A model generated the notes under the pieces. It was not told where the DNA came from. It was given only the letters and a program-made list of their open reading frames with translations, and made no database searches. Position numbers and translations under genes: made by a program. Below, one piece after another: positions 10,912 through 20,403 of a stretch of 64,000 nucleotides of DNA; the stretch's first letter is position 1; the number at the start of each line of letters is the position of its first letter. Source of the DNA: Bacteroidales bacterium UBA6428. Lineage in GTDB: Bacteria; Bacteroidota; Bacteroidia; Bacteroidales; UBA932. The stretch is taken from the NCBI GenBank assembly GCA_002437305.1, contig DJOW01000071.1, forward strand, positions 49,808-113,807. The letters are read 5' to 3'.

Positions 10912-11895
10912 ATGATTACTGAAATTCTTATCTTGATCGCAGGGCTCGCGATGGTCGTCCTCGGGGCAGACTGGCTTGTCGACGGCTCCACATCCGTGGC
11001 GAGAAAGGCTGGTCTGAGCGAGTTTGTCATCGGCCTGACCATCGTGGGAATAGGCACGTCCTCACCCGAACTCGTTGTAAGCCTTGCCGGAGCCCTGAAA
11101 GGCAACGCCGACATCGCTGTCGGCAACATCGTAGGCTCCAACATATTCAACGCACTTTTCATTCTCGGATTCACAGCCCTGGTAAGGCCTTTGGGCATGA
11201 CAAGGGAAAACGTCCGGATCGACATTCCGATCAACATAATTGTCAGTGTCATCCTCATTGTTCTCGGAATGCATGCCACCCTTTTCGGAATCGGCAAGGA
11301 CAACACGTTATCCAGAATGGATGGCATTGTGTTCCTGACACTTTTCGCTGCCTACATGTTCTGGTCCTTCAAGTCTGGTAAGTCGGATGAGGCAGAAACG
11401 GCGGAAAAAGATGACAGAAAACTTTGGATTGCCGCGCTGATGGTCTTGGCAGGCTTGGCCGCGCTGATTTTCGGAGGCGACATATTCGTAGACAGCGCTA
11501 CAGACATAGCCCGCAGGCTCAACATCAGTGACAAATTCATAGCGGTGACAATCCTCGCAGGCGGCACCTCCATGCCCGAACTCGTCACATGTGTCGTGGC
11601 CGCCGTGAAGAAAAAGGGACAGCTCGCGCTTGGAAACATCCTGGGCTCAAACATCTGCAACATACTACTGATCCTTGGAGCGTCGGCCCTTGTCTATAGA
11701 CCGCTTCCTGGTTCACCGTCAGGACTTTCATTCGCCAACATGACCTTTGTGGACCTCGGCATACTGCTTCTTGGCGCCATTCTCATCTGGATCAGCGCAT
11801 TCACCGGCAAGGGAAGAAAACTGGACAGGATTGAGGGCCTGGCATTCATAGCATGCTTCGCAGGCTACATGGCATGGCTTATTAAAAATCTTTAA
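10912..11895 (+). CDS. Calcium/sodium antiporter (CaCA, YrbG family)
   Basis: Alpha repeats GTSSPE and GTSMPE, GNIVGSNIFN, hydrophobic. Confidence 0.93.
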   Translation: MITEILILIAGLAMVVLGADWLVDGSTSVARKAGLSEFVIGLTIVGIGTSSPELVVSLAGALKGNADIAVGNIVGSNIFNALFILGFTALVRPLGMTRENVRIDIPINIIVSVILIVLGMHATLFGIGKDNTLSRMDGIVFLTLFAAYMFWSFKSGKSDEAETAEKDDRKLWIAALMVLAGLAALIFGGDIFVDSATDIARRLNISDKFIAVTILAGGTSMPELVTCVVAAVKKKGQLALGNILGSNICNILLILGASALVYRPLPGSPSGLSFANMTFVDLGILLLGAILIWISAFTGKGRKLDRIEGLAFIACFAGYMAWLIKNL

Positions 11896-11919
11896 TGAAT
11901 ATTTCAACACATAATACCG

Positions 11920-13203
11920 ATGAAATTCAAACCAACAAATTACCAGCTAATGAACGTCGGCACGGGAAAGGTTTTTCAGGATGCCGGCTGGACTCTGGCG
12001 GATCCGGAGGCTGGCGCGCCGTCATTGGTGCGGGCCGTGTATGAGAATGAGAAGTTCAGCCCTCGCGAGGACCTAAAGGGGCTTTACAGATACGCCGAAT
12101 GGCTTCCAGTCAACAGGACGTTGAAGAATTCCCATGCCCCGGTCACCTATAAGAGCAAGGGTCTGGCAGAACTTCTCGGAATGGACAATCTGTTCATAAC
12201 CCTGTCAGGGTACGTCCCCAAGCGTGGCGCCAAGATGGAGACATGCTCCTTCAAAGAGACGGAGGCGTTCTCCGTCTGCGCAAGGCTGCCGAAAAACGAC
12301 AAGCGCATCCTTGTTGTCCAGTCAGCCGGCAACACCGCAAGGGCTTTCGCCCGCGTCTGCTCGGACAACGACATCCCTATAGTCATATGTATCCCCAATG
12401 ACAACATCAGCGACCTGTGGTTCCTCAAAAGGCTCAAGCCATGCGTCAAGGTGATCGCCACACCTAACGGGACCGACTATTACGATGCCATAGCCCTTGG
12501 AGAAAAGCTATGCAAGGACCCACGCTATCTTGCCGAGGGAGGCGCCAAGAATGTCGCAAGAAGAGACGGCATGGGCACCACGCTGCTGAGTGCGGTTGAA
12601 GTCATCGGAAGGATTCCTGACGCTTATTTCCAGGCTGTAGGCAGCGGAACAGGCGCGATCGCGGCCTGGGAGAACGCATGCAGGCTTGCCAAGGACGGAC
12701 GCTTCGGAGAGAACAAGATGAGGGTGTACTGTTCCCAGAACGCGCCGTTCACCTTAATGTACGACTCATGGAAAGCCGGTTCGAGGGATCTCGTTCCGAT
12801 CACCCCGGAAGAGTCCAGAAAGGACTCCGAGGTGATTCTCGCCAAGGTGCTTTCCAACAGAAAGCCACCTTACAGCCTTGCCGGCGGCCTGTTCGACACT
12901 CTTAAGGAATCCAACGGGGATTTCTTCAAGGTGACAAACGACGACATAGTCTACTGGATGCTTCAGTTCTTCAACAAGGAAGGCTATGACATTTTCCCTG
13001 CGGCTGCCACCGCTGTTGCGGCATTGAAGAAGGCTCTTGAGGATGGTTCTGTCAAGAAAAATGAGACGGTCATGCTCAACATCACAGGCGCGGGCATGCT
13101 CAACGCCACCAGCAAGGGCTTCGAGCTTAAGCAGCCTGACCTGATCCTCAGCACGGAGCTTTCCTCGGAGGAAGTCATAGCCAGCGTGGACAGACTGTTC
13201 TAA
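11920..13203 (+). CDS. Cysteate synthase (threonine synthase-like PLP enzyme)
   Basis: TCSFKETEA, SAGNTARAF, EGGAKNVARRDGMGT, YFQAVGSGTG, VLSNRKPPY: motifs characteristic of cysteate synthases. Confidence 0.88.
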   Translation: MKFKPTNYQLMNVGTGKVFQDAGWTLADPEAGAPSLVRAVYENEKFSPREDLKGLYRYAEWLPVNRTLKNSHAPVTYKSKGLAELLGMDNLFITLSGYVPKRGAKMETCSFKETEAFSVCARLPKNDKRILVVQSAGNTARAFARVCSDNDIPIVICIPNDNISDLWFLKRLKPCVKVIATPNGTDYYDAIALGEKLCKDPRYLAEGGAKNVARRDGMGTTLLSAVEVIGRIPDAYFQAVGSGTGAIAAWENACRLAKDGRFGENKMRVYCSQNAPFTLMYDSWKAGSRDLVPITPEESRKDSEVILAKVLSNRKPPYSLAGGLFDTLKESNGDFFKVTNDDIVYWMLQFFNKEGYDIFPAAATAVAALKKALEDGSVKKNETVMLNITGAGMLNATSKGFELKQPDLILSTELSSEEVIASVDRLF

Positions 13204-13235
13204 ATCATCTCACAGCCTTCAACAGGCTTTAAAAA

Positions 13236-13291
13236 AAGACACAGGTTTCTCAATTATTGCGCGTTTACAAAAATTGAGAAACCTGTGTCTT
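13236..13291. terminator. Perfect 20-bp inverted repeat between convergent genes; probable terminator
   Basis: AAGACACAGGTTTCTCAATT (13236-13255) pairs with AATTGAGAAACCTGTGTCTT (13272-13291), preceded by an A-run. Confidence 0.75.
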
Positions 13292-13386
13292 CGCTGTATA
13301 TACTGATTCCTTAAAATGCAAAAAAATAAGAATAACACAAATGTTAACAATAGAAACTATTTTGTTTTACTATTTGCAAAACAGCT

Positions 13387-14559
13387 TCATTCGTACCTTA
13401 GAGGCTCTCCTGAGACAAGTCGCTCCTTGGACACGACAGGATTGGAATAAATTCGAAGGAAGATGTCCTTCAGCTCCGCGCGGTTGAGCCTGCGCTCAAC
13501 TTTGTCAAGTTTATGCTCGGTGTACTCTGTAAATTTTTCCACATCCTCCGGAGTGTACAGCTCCGCGTACTTGTAGCTGTGATTGACAAGATCGTAGGCG
13601 ATGTAGTTAGTCTTCCATAATTGGTATCCGGCAATGATCCTCTTGTCAATCGCATGCCGGATGGCCTGATAACGGTCGTTCTTGTCGCAACGGGAAGCCA
13701 GCTCGATCTCCTCAGTAGACAAAGGCAGACCGAAATTCAAGTGGACATTGCCTTTCTGCTGGCGGATTCCGATCACTATGCTGTGCAAGTCCTCAGTTCG
13801 GGTCTTGACGTATTTCTGGGTCCTGGAAATAAGGATCTCGCGCGCTTTACGGATGTCGCACGGCTCATATTCATAAGAGATGCTGAGAGGCACAATGTTC
13901 AGCTCGGAGAAATTCTCCTTAAATGACTTAGTACCGCTCATGTCGAGCATCTTAAGCAGTCCCTGCTCTGTGGTGTCTATCCCATCTTTAGTCCGCCCCT
14001 GCCTCTGGGCCAGCCAGATAGAGGATTTACCGGAAGTGATTGTCTGGCGGATGTACTTGGACAGAACCTGTGACGACAGGTACAACTCCCTGGCGGAGAT
14101 GCCACGGATCACCCGTATCATCCTGTTGGAGCGGAGAAGGTATTCGACCGTCTTGCTCTGCTTGATGAGATTGTCACCAACGCAGATCTCTGTCATCGGA
14201 ATACCGTTCCTGAACAGGACCAGCTGGGTTATGGCCGGATCTAGAATGATGTCCCTGTGGTTGGACATGGCCAAGAACTTGCCTTTGAGCTCTTTGATGT
14301 AGCTTATGCCATCGTAGGAGAAATTGTGTATTGTATTGTCCATGACCCAGGTCACTGCCTTGTTCATCACAATCTCCTGAAACTCATCAATGCTGTGGAC
14401 ACCTTTCAGGGCGTTCCGAAGATAGGTTATCGGCTCGTCGGGGAAAAGATATTCGGAAATCGCTAGTACAGCGGGATGGTTGGCGACCTTGTTCAGGGCC
14501 TCAACCGCTTCGGCATCATTATAAGGACAGATGCTCTCAAATTCAGATGAATCAGCCAT
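13387..14559 (-). CDS. Glycerolipid acyltransferase family protein
   Basis: HxxxxD motif SNHRDIILD, QRQGRTKDG, ISYEYEPCD. Confidence 0.85.
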   Translation of the reverse strand: MADSSEFESICPYNDAEAVEALNKVANHPAVLAISEYLFPDEPITYLRNALKGVHSIDEFQEIVMNKAVTWVMDNTIHNFSYDGISYIKELKGKFLAMSNHRDIILDPAITQLVLFRNGIPMTEICVGDNLIKQSKTVEYLLRSNRMIRVIRGISARELYLSSQVLSKYIRQTITSGKSSIWLAQRQGRTKDGIDTTEQGLLKMLDMSGTKSFKENFSELNIVPLSISYEYEPCDIRKAREILISRTQKYVKTRTEDLHSIVIGIRQQKGNVHLNFGLPLSTEEIELASRCDKNDRYQAIRHAIDKRIIAGYQLWKTNYIAYDLVNHSYKYAELYTPEDVEKFTEYTEHKLDKVERRLNRAELKDIFLRIYSNPVVSKERLVSGEPLRYE

Positions 14560-14636
14560 AATAAACCAATCATTTGTTATCTATGCAAAAGTAAGCAATT
14601 TGCTTATAATCCGCAATGGGTTCTATAACACAATAA

Positions 14637-15860
14637 CTACACAACCTGCGATTCTCTCCGGAAAAGAAGCGAACTGTCTCCGTAGCTGAGGAAACGGAAG
14701 CCGTGTCCGAGCGCATAATCATAAATGGCCTTCCAGTCCCCTCCAACAAACGCGGAAACCAACAGAATCAGAGTGCTTTCAGGTTGATGGAAATTTGTGA
14801 TCAAGATATCCACCAGCCTGAAACGGAAACCCGGCACAATAATGATCCTTGTGCCGACTTTGAGCTCATCCAGTCCTTTGCCCTCCAAATAAGCGATCAG
14901 AGCGTCAAGAGACTCTTCAGTTGAATATGAGTACTCTCGCTCATATGGCGCCCATTGGCCAACATCCTCAGGCATGCCTTTCTCGATGCAGCTTACTCCC
15001 ACATAGTACAAAGACTCCAAGGTACGGACGGATGTCGTTCCGACCGCGATCAATTTTCCTTTATTGGCGCGTATGCGCTTCAGAAGATCAAGCCTGACCA
15101 CGAACGGCTCCCTGTGCATCGGGTGATCCGCAACGTCCGAGCTTTTGACTGGAAGAAAGGTTCCGGCTCCGACATGGAGGCAGACATTCCCGCAGTCAAT
15201 GCCCTTGGCCGCGATCGCGTCCAACACGGCCTTGGTGAAATGCAGTCCTGCGGTAGGCGCGGCGACTGAGCCTCGGATGCGCGCGTACAGAGTCTGGTAG
15301 CGCTCCGCGTCGATAGATTCAGTTTCTCTGTTCAAGTACGGTGGGATCGGAACGGTGCCGCACAACTCGAGGACGCGGGAGAAAGGATTGCCATCCTTCC
15401 ATGAAAACTCCACGACACCTGTCTCTCCGTTACGATCCACCAGACTGGCTTTCAAGTCCATAGCGGTGATCATCCCGTTCCCGTCCGGATTATATAAAGA
15501 AAGCACGTCATTCTTCCAGCGCTTTGCGTTGCCTATCACACACTTCCAACGGCAAAGCGCCGTGGAGGCGAATGCCGTGTTGTATTCAGGAGGATTGACA
15601 GGCTCAAGGCAGAATATCTCGATGTGCGCTCCCGTCTCACGCTGGAAACGCAGCCTCGCCGGCACAACCTTAGTGTCATTGAACACCATAATCGCGCCGG
15701 AAGGCAGAAGTGAAGGAATTTCCTTGAATATGAACTCATCAACCTTGCCATCCCTGTAGCGGAGGAGCTTTGACGCATCACGCTCGGAAAGCGGATACTT
15801 TGCGATCCGCTCGTCCGGTAGAGTGTAGTTGTAGTCCTCTATTTTAACAGAAGGTATCAT
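14637..15860 (-). CDS. queA: S-adenosylmethionine:tRNA ribosyltransferase-isomerase
   Basis: VFNDTKVVPARL, PIPPY, YQT, GSVAAPTAGLHF, HVGAGTF, TNFHQPEST, FLSYGD. Confidence 0.97.
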   Translation of the reverse strand: MIPSVKIEDYNYTLPDERIAKYPLSERDASKLLRYRDGKVDEFIFKEIPSLLPSGAIMVFNDTKVVPARLRFQRETGAHIEIFCLEPVNPPEYNTAFASTALCRWKCVIGNAKRWKNDVLSLYNPDGNGMITAMDLKASLVDRNGETGVVEFSWKDGNPFSRVLELCGTVPIPPYLNRETESIDAERYQTLYARIRGSVAAPTAGLHFTKAVLDAIAAKGIDCGNVCLHVGAGTFLPVKSSDVADHPMHREPFVVRLDLLKRIRANKGKLIAVGTTSVRTLESLYYVGVSCIEKGMPEDVGQWAPYEREYSYSTEESLDALIAYLEGKGLDELKVGTRIIIVPGFRFRLVDILITNFHQPESTLILLVSAFVGGDWKAIYDYALGHGFRFLSYGDSSLLFRRESQVV

Positions 15861-15949
15861 CTCATCGAGATTTTAAAATTTCATGCAAAGTTAACCTAAG
15901 TATAAGAAATATCAAATTTCAGAATACATTTGACCTCAGGGGCACTCGA

Positions 15950-16341
15950 ACCCCAAGTGCTGTTTACATATATTAAATACTTGTTTAAATATGTAAAACA
16001 CATGGAAGAATATGAAACAAATCACTTTTGTATTATAAGATAGATTTATCACAATGTATCTCGCCGATTTAATTACTGAATATCTGATAATTAGTATTGA
16101 TCTACTATAGTTTGGTTTTATATTTAGGGAGTAAACTTCAGGCCAAGATGCGACTCTCGCTGTAATTAACGCCATATTGAGTGACAACAAAAATAATTAT
16201 CAAGCGATTATTAGTTCTTACGTAAACAGATATTCAATCAAGTTACATCAACTCGACTCCCCGTTTTACTTTTGTAACATCGCCTCGATAGTTGATTTTT
16301 ACAACTTATTATGCTATTTTTGTAAACAAATCACATTTGTA
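15950..16341. promoter_or_regulatory. AT-rich intergenic region with multiple TGTAAAC/GTTTACA-type motifs
   Basis: Motifs at about 15961, 15982, 15992, 16131, 16222, 16242, 16263-16278, 16298, 16321 and 16331-16342. Confidence 0.55.
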
Positions 16342-16788
16342 ATGAACAACAGACTGCAGAAATTTTTGGATGCGGAGAACATCACTCAGTCACAACTGGC
16401 GGAAAAATTAGGTGTGGCCAAGGCTAGCATATCTCATATTCTGGCGGGCAGGAACAAACCCGGGTTCGACTTTATCCTAAGCATGTCACAGTGCTATCCG
16501 GATCTTAACCTCGATTGGCTGATTGCAGGGAAAGGAAAAATGTACAAGAGTTCATCGGAACCACGATCACCAGAACCGCGCGAGAATCCCCAATCCACCA
16601 ATCAAGGGGAATCAAATGGCCTGCTTTTCGAGCCACAAGAACCTGAGATCTCTTCATTAAAGGCAGAATCAGCTGGGAATAAGCCAGTAACGGAGTCCGC
16701 CCCGCCTGCGGCATCCAAACGTGCCCAGCCAAGAATCTCGAGGATTCTGGTTTTCTACGACAACGGTACGTTCAAAGAAATCGATTGA
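16342..16788 (+). CDS. XRE-family helix-turn-helix protein
   Basis: ITQSQLAEKLGVAKASISHILAGRNKPGFD, LDWLIAGKGKM, C-terminal RILVFYDNGTF. Start set at MNNRL. Confidence 0.9.
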   Translation: MNNRLQKFLDAENITQSQLAEKLGVAKASISHILAGRNKPGFDFILSMSQCYPDLNLDWLIAGKGKMYKSSSEPRSPEPRENPQSTNQGESNGLLFEPQEPEISSLKAESAGNKPVTESAPPAASKRAQPRISRILVFYDNGTFKEID

Positions 16789-16910
16789 TGTCATCTTTAT
16801 CGGCAAAACGCTTCTGTGTTCTGCTGTTTTTGTCTAAATTTGCCGCCGCAAGCCTCGCGTGGGAATCGCCCGATCTTTTTAGGGAGGCTTGGTTTAGATA
16901 AATACAAAAT

Positions 16911-18002
16911 ATGTATAGACAGCTCATAAGGCCACTTTTGTTCAAACTGCCTCCAGAAACAGCGCATGAACTAACCCTCAGATCTCTCAGGCTTCTGCGC
17001 CGGATCCCATTGGGTGGAAAGGTGATGAAGTCGATCTTCCGCCGAAAGACTCCTTCACTGGCAAGAGATCTGTTCGGGATCCATTTCCAGTCACCGGTCG
17101 GTCTTGCGGCCGGCCTGGACAAAAACGGCGAGTTCTACAATGAGCTCTCATGGCTTGGTTTCTCTTTTATTGAGATAGGCTCGCTCACCCTGGAGGCCCA
17201 GCCAGGCAATCCCAAACCCCGTCTTTTCAGACTGCCTCTGGACCAGGCCATAATCAACCGGATGGGAATCAACAACAAAGGCATTCAGAACGCAATCCGG
17301 CATATACAAAAGGATCCGCCCCGGACAATCATAGCGGCAAGCATAGCAAAAAACAGTGCAAGCGCGTCTGACGAGGAGGCCGTGGACGACTACAAAAAGG
17401 CATTCTCCTACATGTACGACTTTGTGGACATGTTCACGATCAATGTCTCATGCCCTAATGTCCACGGGCTTCAGAATCTTCAGGACGTCACCTATCTGTC
17501 GGACATCCTTGATCCCATCCTGGATCTTCGGATCTGCTATGACATCTACAAGCCTATTCTTGTCAAGGTATCCCCTGACATTCCGGCCGAGGAACTTGAT
17601 GAGATCCTTAAATACTGCATGCAGTCCGGCATAGACGGCATCGTGGCCGGGAACACGACAAGATCGCGTGACGGGCTCAAGACAGACACGGCGACAATCG
17701 CGAAAATCGGAAACGGAGGTCTATCCGGTGCCCCGCTGTTCGAAAAAAGCCTGGCTATGGTCAAGCATATCAATCAGTTCACATCCGGACGTCTTCCAGT
17801 CATCGGTGTCGGAGGCATAATGACACCGGAACAGGCTCAGAAGATGCTTGACGCCGGGGCCAGCTTGATAGAGATCTACACAGGACTTATCTATGAAGGT
17901 CCTTCCATAGTAAAAAAAATCAACAAGTACTTAAAATCCAGAATATCGGATAAAAACACCCAAAATAACGATGGCAAACGCTTCAATCTGTACTATCGGT
18001 GA
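16911..18002 (+). CDS. pyrD: Quinone-dependent dihydroorotate dehydrogenase
   Basis: PVGLAAGLDK, QPGNPKPRLFRL, INRMG, INVSCPN, GGLSG. Confidence 0.96.
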   Translation: MYRQLIRPLLFKLPPETAHELTLRSLRLLRRIPLGGKVMKSIFRRKTPSLARDLFGIHFQSPVGLAAGLDKNGEFYNELSWLGFSFIEIGSLTLEAQPGNPKPRLFRLPLDQAIINRMGINNKGIQNAIRHIQKDPPRTIIAASIAKNSASASDEEAVDDYKKAFSYMYDFVDMFTINVSCPNVHGLQNLQDVTYLSDILDPILDLRICYDIYKPILVKVSPDIPAEELDEILKYCMQSGIDGIVAGNTTRSRDGLKTDTATIAKIGNGGLSGAPLFEKSLAMVKHINQFTSGRLPVIGVGGIMTPEQAQKMLDAGASLIEIYTGLIYEGPSIVKKINKYLKSRISDKNTQNNDGKRFNLYYR

Positions 18003-19239
18003 TGAGATCCTGATCGGCCAGATAATCGACACGAACTCGTCCAACATTTCCGCCGCCCTGGAAGAAGCAGGCGTGAAAGTCACAAGGATGCTCTCATTTG
18101 GAGACGACCATGACGAAATTGTCAGCAACCTGACAAATGAGCTTCTTCATAATGAGATAGTAATCTCCACCGGAGGCCTTGGCCCGACCAAGGACGACAT
18201 CACCAAAGCCGCGCTTTCGGAGATTTCCGGAAGCAAAGGTTACGTGACGGACAGCAGGCAGCTCAAAATTGTCCATGAGATCCTTCATGCCAGAGGGCTT
18301 GATGTCCTCGAGATAAACAAGGCCCAGGCTCTTGTCCCAGACACATGCGAGGTGATTGTCAATCATCTGGGTACCGCTCCGATCATGGTTTTCCGTTTTC
18401 CGGAGGAACGGTTCGGCCACGCAGCCACCCTCTATGCCCTTCCCGGTGTCCCGTTCGAGGCTCTCGGTGCGGTTCCGGACGTGATAAAGGACATCAAGGA
18501 GCACTACGTGCTCACTGACATATTCCATAAATGTGTGATGGTCTTTGGTCTGGCCGAATCGGCGCTTTCCGGAAAAATAGCGTCTTGGGAGGATGGCCTT
18601 CCGGCGGACATGCATCTTGCCTACCTTCCCAATCCCCTGACCGGAGTCCGTCTGCGGCTCTCGATCTATGGCGGAGACAGGGAGGAGGAGGAAAAGCGCA
18701 TTGACGGTGAATTCGCCCGCCTGAGTCCAATTCTTGGTAACATGATATATTCCTTCAAGGATGACACATTGGAGAATGCAGTGGGTACATTGCTGCGTGG
18801 CACAGGACAGACAGTCAGCGCCGCGGAATCATGCACGGGAGGCAGGATCTCCTCTCTGCTGACCTCCGTTCCCGGAGCTTCCGAGTATTATCTCGGCTCC
18901 GTCACATCCTACGCGGTCGCCGTAAAGGAAAAGGTGCTCAGGGTGCCTGAGGAAACAATCAATGACTATGGGGTGGTAAGTTCGGAAGTTGCCGCCGCAA
19001 TGGCAGAAGGAGTCAGGAAACTGACTGGAAGCACTTACGCGGTCTCGACCACAGGACTGGCAGGCCCTGGAGGCGATGAGCGAAACCCCGTAGGCACAGT
19101 CTGGATAGGAGTCTCCGGCCCTAACGGAACCAAAACCATAAAAAAAGTCTATAAGAATGACAGGAAAAGAAACATAGACAGGTTTGCGGCAGCGGCACTC
19201 GATGAACTCAGACAAACAATTCTAAAAGACCGTAACTAA
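17971..19239 (+). CDS. cinA: CinA family protein (NMN deamidase-related)
   Basis: IGDEILIGQIIDTNS, GGLGPTKDDIT, AESCTGG, TTGLAGPGG. Confidence 0.93.
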   Translation: MANASICTIGDEILIGQIIDTNSSNISAALEEAGVKVTRMLSFGDDHDEIVSNLTNELLHNEIVISTGGLGPTKDDITKAALSEISGSKGYVTDSRQLKIVHEILHARGLDVLEINKAQALVPDTCEVIVNHLGTAPIMVFRFPEERFGHAATLYALPGVPFEALGAVPDVIKDIKEHYVLTDIFHKCVMVFGLAESALSGKIASWEDGLPADMHLAYLPNPLTGVRLRLSIYGGDREEEEKRIDGEFARLSPILGNMIYSFKDDTLENAVGTLLRGTGQTVSAAESCTGGRISSLLTSVPGASEYYLGSVTSYAVAVKEKVLRVPEETINDYGVVSSEVAAAMAEGVRKLTGSTYAVSTTGLAGPGGDERNPVGTVWIGVSGPNGTKTIKKVYKNDRKRNIDRFAAAALDELRQTILKDRN

Positions 19240-19245
19240 AAATAT

Positions 19246-19302
19246 ATCAACAAGGGCAACAAATAGGTTTCTATGTTTAACATATTTGTTACCCTTATTG
19301 AT
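19246..19302. terminator. Imperfect long inverted repeat between convergent genes
   Basis: ATCAACAAGGGCAACAAATA pairs with TATTTGTTACCCTTATTGAT. Confidence 0.6.
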
Positions 19303-19311
19303 TTAGACATT

Positions 19312-20403
19312 TCAAGGTTTCTTGGATGACAGAGTGACCACGTCTTCGAACACTCTAAGGAAATTCAATCCCGCAATCTTTTCGATTTGGTCATCGGAAT
19401 AACCGCGGCGTGACATCTCGTCAAAAATCACTCCGATCTTCGATATGTTCTCGAGCCCGACCGGAGTCACCTCGATCCCGTCGAAATCGCTACCTATGCC
19501 TACACTTTCAATTCCGGCCACTTTCACAGCGTGATCAATATGATCCACCACATCCTTATACGAAGGCCGGGGCAAAGCCGCCAGCTCGTCCTGCACGGCG
19601 TGCCAGGCAGCCGCCTTCACCGGGTTGAAAGGATCGCTGATCCAATCCTGCTCTGTCCAGCTCTTTGACTCGAGTCCGGATTCCGACAAGGTTCTCGCGA
19701 AGGAGTCTGAAAGAAACACCGGATAGAAATTGATCTGGATCACTCCCCCTTTACCGGCAAGCGCGCGCAGCATCTCATCGGACATGTTCCTTCTATGATG
19801 GGCGAGCGCCCGGCAGCAAGAGTGTGTGGACACTATCGGAGCGCGGGAACATTCAAGAGCGTCGTAGAATGTCTCATCCGAAGCGTGGGCGATGTCGATG
19901 ATCATCCCGATGCGATTCATTTCCGCGATGACTTCCCTACCGAACGGACTCAAGCCGTGCCAACGTCTCCCTCCGGCCGCTGAATCAGCGATCTCATTGT
20001 CGCCATTATGCGTCAAGGTGATGTATCTGACCCCAAGTCTGTGAAAAATCCTAAGAAGAGGCAATGACTTCTGTACCGGAGATCCGTTTTCCATTCCTAT
20101 GAATATGGAAATCAACCCCTTGGACTTATTGACCAAAGCATCCTCCGGTGTAAGCGCCAAGGCAGCCCTGTCCGGATTGGCCGCGACTTGGTCGCAGACT
20201 CCGCCGATCATCTCCATGGCATGCCGCGTGGCAGAATCCGGCTCCATTTCCGCAGGAATGTAAAGCGCGAAAAAAGACGCGTCGACTCCTCCAGCCTTGA
20301 GCTTCGGCAAATCAACCTGCCCTCTTTCATTGTCTTTCCCAATGTTTAGTCCCCGCATCATCATTGTCGGGGTATCGCAGTGAGAATCAAGAACAAACAT
20401 CAC
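19312..20403 (-). CDS. Membrane dipeptidase (peptidase M19)
   Basis: DSHCD, GMENG, YITLTHN, THS..RAL..H.RN, GIGSDFDG. Confidence 0.93.
   Translation of the reverse strand: MMFVLDSHCDTPTMMMRGLNIGKDNERGQVDLPKLKAGGVDASFFALYIPAEMEPDSATRHAMEMIGGVCDQVAANPDRAALALTPEDALVNKSKGLISIFIGMENGSPVQKSLPLLRIFHRLGVRYITLTHNGDNEIADSAAGGRRWHGLSPFGREVIAEMNRIGMIIDIAHASDETFYDALECSRAPIVSTHSCCRALAHHRRNMSDEMLRALAGKGGVIQINFYPVFLSDSFARTLSESGLESKSWTEQDWISDPFNPVKAAAWHAVQDELAALPRPSYKDVVDHIDHAVKVAGIESVGIGSDFDGIEVTPVGLENISKIGVIFDEMSRRGYSDDQIEKIAGLNFLRVFEDVVTLSSKKP

Noticed and set aside
15931..15960. tRNA-like T-arm sequence (GGGGTTCGAGTGCCCC on the minus strand)
   Set aside because: The T-stem register is wrong, and no D-arm, anticodon arm or acceptor stem can be built.
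16177..16341. 55-aa N-terminal extension of the XRE ORF
   Set aside because: It starts at TTG and runs through the AT-rich motif array. The HTH protein plausibly starts at ATG 16342.
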